The notes under the pieces: model-generated | The model's database searches: none | Told to the model about the DNA's origin: nothing | Seen by the model: only the letters and a program-made list of their open reading frames with translations | Assembly: GCA_041179705.1 (NCBI GenBank) | Contig: JBEGSW010000032.1 | Coordinates: 6,446 to 70,445, forward strand | DNA from: Bacillota bacterium | GTDB taxonomy: Bacteria > Bacillota > Bacilli > Paenibacillales > JBEGSW01 | DNA: 64,000 nucleotides | Direction of reading: 5' to 3' | Part shown: piece after piece, positions 56,760 to 64,000 of the stretch | Numbering within the stretch: position 1 is the stretch's first letter | How the letters are laid out: each line of letters opens with the position of its first letter | Translations under genes and position numbers: made by a program

Positions 56760-58178
56760 CTAATTTAGTGGTAAAGTGAATGAAAATGTCGTTCCTTTGC
56801 CCTTTTCACTCTCAGCTTTAATAACCCCTTTGTGTGCATCTACAATATTTTTTACAATTGCCAAACCCAACCCGGTACCAACTGTGTGTATCCGTGTACG
56901 TGCTTTATCTGCCTTGTAGAAGCGTTCGAAAATATAAGGCAAGTCCTCATCTGGAATTCCCTCGCCTTGATCAACAACCTCCACACAAACCGCATCAGCT
57001 TGGTTTAAGCGCGATAATTTAGCACGTATGATAATCGATTTATTTGATTCAGTATGCCTTAAAGCATTATCGACTAAATTGGTTAATACTTGTTCAAGCC
57101 GGTCTTCGTCCGCGGCAGACAGATGTATGTCTGCCGAATCTAATTCAGCATGTAATGCAACATCTTGTTCTTTGCTCATCGCAGCAAATTTACGAATAAC
57201 TCGGTTGATTAATGGCTTGATATCAAGTGGCGCCATTGTCATTGCAAAAGTCCCGGCTTCCATTTTGGCGAGATCAAGTAAATTGTTAACTAATCGCCCC
57301 ATCCGTAAAGATTCATCTAAAATAACTTGGGCAAGTTCCCTCCGTTGTTCAGGGGAATCAGCAATATCATCCAATAATGCCTCACTGTAGCCTTGTAACA
57401 TTGCTAATGGCGTTCTTAGTTCATGTGATACATTTGCCACAAAATCTTTGCGCATTTTCTCAAGACGGTGTTCTTCCGAAACATCACGCAATACAGCAAC
57501 AGCACCACGAACCGTATTTTCCGAATATAAAGGTGTCATTAATACAGACCAAACACCCTGATGGACATGAACTTTGGTTGCACAATCTTCTGAATTACGA
57601 ACAACCTGTTGGAGAAGTTCCAGAAGTGGAGTTGGAAGTTTTTTGTTTCTCCCCCCGTCTTGCTCCCCATTTTGCATAAGGTCGCCCCACTCCTGAAGGA
57701 GCAGTTTGCCACGTGGATTGGATAAACTTACATTTCCATCCGCATCGCATGTAATAACAGCATCCGTCATACTCCGTAAAACATTAGAAAGTTGTTCTTT
57801 TTCATGATTTAAATCTTGAATCATTCCATCCAACTGCTCAGCCATATGGTTAAACGTGTTCGATAATTCACCAATCTCATCTGAAGAACGAACTTCTAAT
57901 CGCGTAGAATAATCACCTCTACTAATCAAAGCAGCTGCACGTTTCATCTTCAACAAAGGTTGTGTGATTCGGAATGATAAAAAGAATGCAAAAAAAGTCG
58001 TTAATGAAAACCCAGTGACCCCGGTAATGATGAATAATTTCAAGACATCCGGTGCATTATTTAAGTTCGTTAGGTCAATGTAGCCAATTAAGAAAAATCC
58101 AACGATGAGCAATACAATGGCAACTAGTAAGATGATCGTGATCCATAGTTTACCAACTATACTTTTCCAAATTTTCAC
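56760..58178 (-). CDS. resE: Sensor histidine kinase ResE-like (TM-TM-HAMP-PAS-HisKA-HATPase), without a large extracytoplasmic loop
   Basis: H-box ..FVANVSHELRTPL.. plus N, G1 and G2 boxes. Directly downstream of resD. GTG start. Confidence 0.85.
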   Translation of the reverse strand: MKIWKSIVGKLWITIILLVAIVLLIVGFFLIGYIDLTNLNNAPDVLKLFIITGVTGFSLTTFFAFFLSFRITQPLLKMKRAAALISRGDYSTRLEVRSSDEIGELSNTFNHMAEQLDGMIQDLNHEKEQLSNVLRSMTDAVITCDADGNVSLSNPRGKLLLQEWGDLMQNGEQDGGRNKKLPTPLLELLQQVVRNSEDCATKVHVHQGVWSVLMTPLYSENTVRGAVAVLRDVSEEHRLEKMRKDFVANVSHELRTPLAMLQGYSEALLDDIADSPEQRRELAQVILDESLRMGRLVNNLLDLAKMEAGTFAMTMAPLDIKPLINRVIRKFAAMSKEQDVALHAELDSADIHLSAADEDRLEQVLTNLVDNALRHTESNKSIIIRAKLSRLNQADAVCVEVVDQGEGIPDEDLPYIFERFYKADKARTRIHTVGTGLGLAIVKNIVDAHKGVIKAESEKGKGTTFSFTLPLN

Positions 58179-58179
58179 G

Positions 58180-58896
58180 TTATTTATGCACCTCTAATTT
58201 ATAACCAACGCCCCACACAGTTGTGATCATTGCTGCTGCATCTTCAGAGGCTTTATTCAACTTTTCTCGAAGACGCTTAACATGTGTGTCCACTGTTCGT
58301 AAATCACCAAAAAATTCATAATTCCATACGTCTTTCAGCAAGTCTTCACGAGAAAATACTTTATCAGGGGATGATGCTAGGTAATGCAACAATTCGTATT
58401 CTTTTGGTGTTAATTGCACTTCACGACCACCGGCTGTTACGCGATGCGCATCATTCTCGATCTTTAAATAATTAAATATCAAATCATGATCTGATGCGGT
58501 TTTCCCAGTTGAGGAGACAATCATGTTGGAGCGACGTAGGATTGCTTTCACCCGATATATGACTTCTCTCGGACTGAATGGCTTAACGACATAGTCATCA
58601 GCGCCAGACTCAAACCCTTGTACACGATTCGTTTCTTCGCCTTTCGCTGTTAACATAATAACCGGCGTTGTCTTAACTTGTCTTAATCGCGAACATACCT
58701 CTGTACCGTCGATTCCAGGTAGCATCACATCTAATAAGATGAGATCATACTCGTTATCAACTGCTAATTGCAAAGCAGATTCTCCATCTTCAGCCTCATC
58801 AATCGTAAAGCCTTCCTTTTCGAGATACATCTTAAGTAATCGTCTAATACGTTCCTCGTCATCAACGACTAGAATATGCACTTTCATGTCATTCAT
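58180..58896 (-). CDS. resD: OmpR-family response regulator ResD
   Basis: Collinear with B. subtilis ResD (..ILVVDDEERIRRLLKMYLEKEGF.. and ..GDLRTVDTHVKRLREKLNK..). AAGGGTGA RBS before the ATG at 58896. Confidence 0.9.
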   Translation of the reverse strand: MNDMKVHILVVDDEERIRRLLKMYLEKEGFTIDEAEDGESALQLAVDNEYDLILLDVMLPGIDGTEVCSRLRQVKTTPVIMLTAKGEETNRVQGFESGADDYVVKPFSPREVIYRVKAILRRSNMIVSSTGKTASDHDLIFNYLKIENDAHRVTAGGREVQLTPKEYELLHYLASSPDKVFSREDLLKDVWNYEFFGDLRTVDTHVKRLREKLNKASEDAAAMITTVWGVGYKLEVHK

Positions 58897-58934
58897 TGTG
58901 CTCACCCTTTTCTAGTAAATAAGAAACGTTACCT

Positions 58935-60182
58935 TTATACACCAGCGTATGAATGTAAACCAGCAATGACTAAATTTACGCCAATCAGTGTAAACATAAT
59001 CACGATAAATCCAATTACGGCTAACCAGGATGAATAGGAGCCTTGCCACCCACGAGATAAACGGACGTGTAAGTAGAAACTATAGAATAACCAAGAAATC
59101 AAAGCCCAAACCTCTTTAGGGTCCCAACCCCAGAATCTAGACCATGCAATTTCAGCCCAAATCATTGCGAAAATTAAAGCCCCTAATGTGAATATCGGAT
59201 AGCCAATCGCAATCGAACGGTAGCTAATTTCATCTAGATCTTCAGGATTCAAACCACGCACGAGTGGTTGAAGCGTCAATCCTAATGGTTTACGTACCAA
59301 CAAACGCAAGACAATATAAAGTACAAACCCCACAAATAAAGACCAAACAACCGTATTTAATTTACGGGCAGCATTAACACCTTTGAAAAAGGATGGTGAT
59401 TCCATCACAGGTTTATCGATTCCTAAGAACGAATCCATCGCTACTAATTTACCACCTGTTGGACTAAAAATTGGTGGCAAATTATATATGATTTCCTCGG
59501 TAGCTGCTGATTCTGATAAGGATGCCACAGGAGAAGCAATGAACTTCGCTTCATAACCAGTAGCACGAAAACCAAAGACAGCAATAATAAATCCTAAGAA
59601 GATGACGAAACTAATCATAACTAGTTCCATTCCTCTTTGTTCTTTAATATCTTTCTTTTCTTTGGAATGATAATTAATCGTGCGAAGTAAGAACATTAAT
59701 CCAGCAGCAAAACCAATTGCAAAGAACGCCTCACCCAATGCTGCAGTTGTTACATGGACGTATAACCAAACACTCTGTAAGGCTGGAATTAATGGTTTCG
59801 TCTCCCAAGGAAATACAGATGCGTAGGCCATCATAAAGAAACTAATTGGCATTGCAAATGCTCCAAGATATGGAGATTTAAATATCATATATAAAACGAT
59901 AAAAGCTACAGTGATTAACATTGCCAGCATCGCCATGAATTCAAATAAATTACTGTTCGGGTAATGATTATAAATCCAGCGACTTATAAAGTAAGTTAAA
60001 TGAGCCGCTAATCCGAAGAACGTCAGCGCAATGCCACGACGACTCCAGCGTTTTGTATGCGTGATCACATCACCCTTACTGAATCGTTGCCCTGTAATCG
60101 CAATGACAAAAGCTACAAATGAGAAAATATAGCCGAATATGGCAACAATAAATCCTGTGTTACTTAAAGTTAGTAAATTCAA
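58935..60182 (-). CDS. resC: Cytochrome c biogenesis protein ResC (CcsA family)
   Basis: Polytopic protein with the WWD-like tryptophan-rich motif (..WAEIAWSRFWGWDPKEVWAL..). TTGA overlap with resB. Confidence 0.9.
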   Translation of the reverse strand: MNLLTLSNTGFIVAIFGYIFSFVAFVIAITGQRFSKGDVITHTKRWSRRGIALTFFGLAAHLTYFISRWIYNHYPNSNLFEFMAMLAMLITVAFIVLYMIFKSPYLGAFAMPISFFMMAYASVFPWETKPLIPALQSVWLYVHVTTAALGEAFFAIGFAAGLMFLLRTINYHSKEKKDIKEQRGMELVMISFVIFLGFIIAVFGFRATGYEAKFIASPVASLSESAATEEIIYNLPPIFSPTGGKLVAMDSFLGIDKPVMESPSFFKGVNAARKLNTVVWSLFVGFVLYIVLRLLVRKPLGLTLQPLVRGLNPEDLDEISYRSIAIGYPIFTLGALIFAMIWAEIAWSRFWGWDPKEVWALISWLFYSFYLHVRLSRGWQGSYSSWLAVIGFIVIMFTLIGVNLVIAGLHSYAGV

Positions 60183-61813
60183 GATTGCTTCACCTCATTA
60201 ATTAATTGTTGATCATCTAAAGGCTGAATTACGCCCGACTGATTTAGTACAGCAGCAATTTCTTTCCTGAATCCGTACCAATTTTTGTTGGTGTGTGCGC
60301 CAAGCAGCAATCTACCCTGCTCAATCTGGATCCAAATACGACGATGGTGCCAATAGAATCCCATGATTAAACCAATCATCGATATCGCCGCACCTACCCA
60401 AATGTAAGGCATTGTTCGATCTTTCGTAACGTTAAAGTAAGTTGTATATTCCGAGATTGACACGTCTTGCATATTTCCAATCTCTAATTTAACTTTACTG
60501 CCTGTTCTTTCATTAATCAAATCTTGATTGTAAGTTGCTTTATCGATAGGGCGAATGAAATAAAGATACACTTGTCCTTCCGCTGGCATATCCGGCCCTT
60601 TAATCAAAAACACAAATGCAGGTGCCTTTGGTTGTGTTGATTTTGTGAAGAACTTCCCATCTTTAAGATCTACTTCCGGGTAATAAGCCATGACATCTAA
60701 GACATAATCTTTTACTTTGTATTGTTCTTGAGGTTTAAAAAGATCTATTTTGAATTTTCCAATTCCAGCATTTGTTACTAAGTTCGTTAGCTGTACGTTG
60801 GCCCCAATAATGCTTGGAGTTACATCATAATCAACATTAAACAAGGATAAATCACGATATTTCAGGGGATCATTTATCCGAATATCATGACGAGCAACTT
60901 CCTTAAGTTCTGGAAGTTTTCCCGGGGAATCGCAGTTATCGACACATTTATACAATATCGATTTTGTTACATATGCTTTAACAGTCTTTCCATCGGGGTG
61001 AAGGGTTACATTAAAATCTTCATTCTTCATGTAGTACCCTGTATCCGCAATTGGCTTAGTTTCACCTTCTTGAACCGCGTAAAAATCCAAACTGTAAGCA
61101 AACATGCTACGAAGTAAACATGCAATTAAGAAAATGATAAGTCCAATGTGATTGATGTAAGGACCCCAGCGACTAAACCGGTTCTTTTCAGCCAAAAGAA
61201 CGCCTTCTTCTTGATATACACGATAGTTACGTTTTTCAAGTAAGGGTACAAAATTAGATATATTTTCACCCTGAATCGTTTGTGTATCTAAGCGGAGGCG
61301 TTGTCGAAGTAAAAAGGTCGGATGCTTTCGAATTGCCCGCTTACTTAGTGCACGATATAAAGGTAAAATACGATCGAGCGAACATATGATTAAAGAAGCG
61401 CCAATCATCACCAATAATCCTCTAAACCACCATGAATCATAGGTGTTCGAGAGCCCTAAAAAATGATAAACACTGCCTGTCCAACCATAATTTTCTTTGT
61501 AATATGTATCGAAATCCATCTTCCCAATAAACATGCTTTGTTGTGGGTAAATTGTCCCCAACGATGAAACAATTAACGTAATTAAAATTAAGTAGATCGC
61601 AACCTTTACGGAAGAAAAGAAATTCCATATGCGGTCTAGCACGTTCGGATTTGCTTTCTGTGAACGCCTTGCAACCCCATCATATCGCATTTCTAAAGGC
61701 AGTGTCATATCCTCTAATGTGTCATTTGGATCGAGCGGTTTCCCGCATGATTCACACAAAATCGTGTCTACCGGATTTTGATGGCCACATTCACATTTCG
61801 TATTATCTATCAC
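60179..61813 (-). CDS. resB: Cytochrome c biogenesis protein ResB (CcsB family)
   Basis: N-terminal CxCG..CxxCG zinc-ribbon-like segment and ..IWNFFSSVKVAIYLI.. as in B. subtilis ResB. GTG start after AAGGAGG. Confidence 0.9.
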   Translation of the reverse strand: MIDNTKCECGHQNPVDTILCESCGKPLDPNDTLEDMTLPLEMRYDGVARRSQKANPNVLDRIWNFFSSVKVAIYLILITLIVSSLGTIYPQQSMFIGKMDFDTYYKENYGWTGSVYHFLGLSNTYDSWWFRGLLVMIGASLIICSLDRILPLYRALSKRAIRKHPTFLLRQRLRLDTQTIQGENISNFVPLLEKRNYRVYQEEGVLLAEKNRFSRWGPYINHIGLIIFLIACLLRSMFAYSLDFYAVQEGETKPIADTGYYMKNEDFNVTLHPDGKTVKAYVTKSILYKCVDNCDSPGKLPELKEVARHDIRINDPLKYRDLSLFNVDYDVTPSIIGANVQLTNLVTNAGIGKFKIDLFKPQEQYKVKDYVLDVMAYYPEVDLKDGKFFTKSTQPKAPAFVFLIKGPDMPAEGQVYLYFIRPIDKATYNQDLINERTGSKVKLEIGNMQDVSISEYTTYFNVTKDRTMPYIWVGAAISMIGLIMGFYWHHRRIWIQIEQGRLLLGAHTNKNWYGFRKEIAAVLNQSGVIQPLDDQQLINEVKQS

Positions 61814-61825
61814 GAAACTTCCTCC

Positions 61826-62347
61826 TTAACGAAGTACTTGTTCTATTCGCGCGCGCAATGTCGCTTGCTCTAACTCACCGACATATATATCATCGATTTC
61901 ACCATCTCGATTGATAAAGAAAGTTGTTGGATAAGAAACAACCTCAAAGCGATCCCGCACTTTTCCATTCGGATCAAGCAATATCGGATAATTTACTGGA
62001 TTGTTACGAAGAAAGCTATTCACAACTACTTTCGGTTCGTCTAAATTAACACCGATGACAACCAAATCTTGCTCTTTATATTCTTCAGACATCGTAGAAA
62101 TTAAAGGCATTTCTCTCACACAAGGTTCACAAAATGAGCCCCAAAAATTAAGAACAATCGGTTTCCCTTTCAACTCAGAGAGCGAAATTACTTCACCTTG
62201 CAAATCAGCTAATTGAAAAGTTGGAGAGATTTGTCCAACTTCAGCGCCACGCTCATCTTTATCAATAAAACTCGAACCAATGGCATATCCCCCAACAATA
62301 AAAATTACAAGTAAAATAACCCATTGTACAATCTTATTTTTACGCAT
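61826..62347 (-). CDS. resA: Thiol-disulfide oxidoreductase ResA
   Basis: N-terminal anchor and a thioredoxin fold with the CEPC active site (..NFWGSFCEPC..), as in B. subtilis ResA. Confidence 0.9.
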   Translation of the reverse strand: MRKNKIVQWVILLVIFIVGGYAIGSSFIDKDERGAEVGQISPTFQLADLQGEVISLSELKGKPIVLNFWGSFCEPCVREMPLISTMSEEYKEQDLVVIGVNLDEPKVVVNSFLRNNPVNYPILLDPNGKVRDRFEVVSYPTTFFINRDGEIDDIYVGELEQATLRARIEQVLR

Positions 62348-62387
62348 AAATAAACTCCTCTAAAAAGGCATTATTCCAATTATAACG

Positions 62388-62412
62388 AAAAAACAGCTGG
62401 GTACTCCAGCTG
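62388..62412 (-). terminator. Terminator downstream of rluB
   Basis: Stem CAGCUGG/CCAGCUG followed by UUUUUU on the minus strand. Confidence 0.7.
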
Positions 62413-62432
62413 AGATTCGTGAACAATTTGTG

Positions 62433-63161
62433 TCAGCTAGGTCGAAATGCAAGATCTTGCAATTCTTTCACTTCACTAGCTGTCAATTTACGGAACTTCC
62501 CTCGGGGTAGTCCATCTAAGGTTAAATAACCAAATTTCACACGACGAAGTTTCTCGACGCGGAATCCAATCTTTTCGATCATTCTTCTTACTTGTCGATT
62601 TCGCCCTTCTGATATCGTGATCCGAATAACTGACGAACTTTGATCCTCAGCAACGTCAACATATTCCACTTCTGCAGGTGCGGTCATACCATCTTCTAAT
62701 TGAACGCCTTTGCGAAGCTGATCTAACAAATCACCATGTGGAACACCCTTCATATACACTTGATACATCTTTGGTACATGGAATTTCGGGTGTGTTAACA
62801 AATTAGCAAATTCGCCGTCATTCGTTAAAATAAGCAACCCTTCCGTTTCATAATCAAGACGACCAACTGGATAAACACGCTCTGTCAATCCCTTGATTAA
62901 ATCCGTAACAACACGACGACCCTTCGGATCTTTAACAGCAGAAATATAACCTTTCGGTTTATTCAACATCAAGTAGACATGTTCTTCCTTCCCAATAACA
63001 CGTCCATCAACAGCAATAATATCTGTGCTTGGATCAACCTTCGTTCCTAATTCTTTCACTACTTCATCATTCACAAGTACGCGACCCGCTAAAATCATTT
63101 CTTCACATTTACGACGTGAAGCCACACCAGCGTGCGCCAATACTTTTTGTAATCTTTCCAT
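62433..63161 (-). CDS. rluB: 23S rRNA pseudouridine synthase RluB (RsuA family with S4 domain)
   Basis: ..RLQKVLAHAGVASRRKCEEMI..GRV.VN.. (S4 domain) and ..VGRLDYETEGLL.. (catalytic Asp). Confidence 0.9.
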   Translation of the reverse strand: MERLQKVLAHAGVASRRKCEEMILAGRVLVNDEVVKELGTKVDPSTDIIAVDGRVIGKEEHVYLMLNKPKGYISAVKDPKGRRVVTDLIKGLTERVYPVGRLDYETEGLLILTNDGEFANLLTHPKFHVPKMYQVYMKGVPHGDLLDQLRKGVQLEDGMTAPAEVEYVDVAEDQSSSVIRITISEGRNRQVRRMIEKIGFRVEKLRRVKFGYLTLDGLPRGKFRKLTASEVKELQDLAFRPS

Positions 63162-63195
63162 CAATCTTCACCTCTTTTTATATGATAGCAGTGTG

Positions 63196-63735
63196 CTACT
63201 TGAAAAGCCACATGCAGATATAGACAGAGGCGACAAAACCCGCTAAATCAGACAATAAACCAACTTTAAGTGCGTAGCGTGTACGTTCAATTCCTATGGC
63301 GCCAAAATAGACGGTGAGTACATATAGCGTTGTATCGGAACTTCCTTGAATCGTAGCACCAATCTGGCTAACTAATGAATCTGGTCCATGAACCTTCATC
63401 AAATCAGTGACATATGCGAGTGAACCAGTGCCACTAATTGGACGTAGTAATCCTAACGGCACAACTTCTTCTGGGATAGATAGCCATTGTGTAATTATAC
63501 CAAATCCATCCACAACGATCGCCAGTGCACCCGATTCACGAAACACACTTATGGCCACCATCATCCCAACTAAATGTGGGATAATTTGAATTGCAGATTG
63601 GAACCCGTCCTTGGCACCATCAATAAAACATTCATAGACAGGCACTTTCCGAAAATAAGCAACCAAGGGAATCGTTACAATGAGCACTGGAATCGACCAG
63701 CTGGCGATAATTGTAACGATATTCATCGTATTCAT
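63196..63735 (-). CDS. spmB: Spore maturation protein B
   Basis: Nucleoside-transporter/Gate-like membrane protein. Overlaps spmA by 4 nt, and the spmA-spmB-rluB synteny matches B. subtilis. Confidence 0.85.
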   Translation of the reverse strand: MNTMNIVTIIASWSIPVLIVTIPLVAYFRKVPVYECFIDGAKDGFQSAIQIIPHLVGMMVAISVFRESGALAIVVDGFGIITQWLSIPEEVVPLGLLRPISGTGSLAYVTDLMKVHGPDSLVSQIGATIQGSSDTTLYVLTVYFGAIGIERTRYALKVGLLSDLAGFVASVYICMWLFK

Positions 63736-64000
63736 ATTCGACTCCGAAAATAGCGGTCAAGAATGATCGCAAACAAAGTTGCAACGGCTGTCGCCAATAT
63801 CGTTGAAGGAATGATGGATGCAGGTTGTGTTGAACCCAAATTCATCCGGATCGCAATCATGGTCGTTGGAATTAGCGTAATACTAGCTGTATTAATCGCA
63901 AGCAAGGTGCACATTGCTGGTGTAGCATGTTTTGGAGTGGGATTTAGGGTTTGCAGTTGTTGCATTGCTTTTATACCCATTGGGGTAGCTGCATTCCCTA
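63732..64000 (-). CDS. spmA: Spore maturation protein A, C-terminal part (5' end outside the window)
   Basis: The frame is open to the window edge (..GNAATPMGIKAMQQLQ..). Translationally coupled to spmB. Confidence 0.8.
   Translation of the reverse strand, partial: GNAATPMGIKAMQQLQTLNPTPKHATPAMCTLLAINTASITLIPTTMIAIRMNLGSTQPASIIPSTILATAVATLFAIILDRYFRSRI

Noticed and set aside
1-64000. I searched for CRISPR arrays, IS elements or transposases, integrases, prophage modules, toxin-antitoxin pairs, restriction-modification or other defence genes, and tRNA or rRNA genes.
   Set aside because: Every sizeable ORF has a recognisable housekeeping or sporulation identity, or is a small membrane protein in conserved synteny. 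No spaced direct-repeat arrays or terminal inverted repeats were noticed. The intergenic regions are short and are explained by promoters, leaders and terminators.

Overview
This window is core chromosome from an endospore-forming Bacillales (Firmicutes) genome. Read in reverse, it is collinear with the Bacillus subtilis region spmAB-rluB-resABCDE-serA ... ypeB-cmk-rpsA(ypfD)-der-gpsA ... spoIVA ... mtrB-hepS-menH-hepT-ndk-aroFBH-trpEDCFBA-hisC-tyrA ... ypiF-qcrABC-ypjAB-ypjD-dapB-mgsA-bshB1-bshA-cca-birA-panBCD-dinG ... dnaD, followed by proBAC. There are about 70 protein genes. All are on the minus strand except proB', proA, proC, one polysaccharide deacetylase and serA. Many adjacent genes share ATGA/TTGA/GTGA stop-start overlaps. 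I saw no rRNA, tRNA, CRISPR array, transposase, integrase, phage module or recognisable defence gene. I see no convincing evidence for a wholly new multi-gene system; this is an ordinary housekeeping and sporulation region. The items worth a second look are mostly cis-regulatory RNAs and local departures from B. subtilis synteny. (1) A textbook TRAP-type trp leader with 11 (G/U/C)AG triplets plus an attenuator. (2) A structured leader and terminator directly abutting panB, possibly a pan motif. (3) A short leader with a strong intrinsic terminator in front of serA. (4) A possible small RNA or structured 3' UTR with CU-rich anti-SD motifs after tyrA. (5) An mqnA-like/ubiX/ubiA trio inserted into the hepS-menG-hepT operon, which points to futalosine-type late menaquinone steps. 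(6) Two tandem 2Fe-2S ferredoxin-like genes inside the spoIVA/gpsA sporulation neighbourhood. (7) An S1 protein with a Lys/Ala-rich tail, a ResE lacking its extracytoplasmic loop, an ECF sigma/anti-sigma pair where B. subtilis has aroE-ypiAB, an hbd-ack coupled pair, and ypeB without sleB. All calls come from reading the translations and sequence by eye, and no database search was run.
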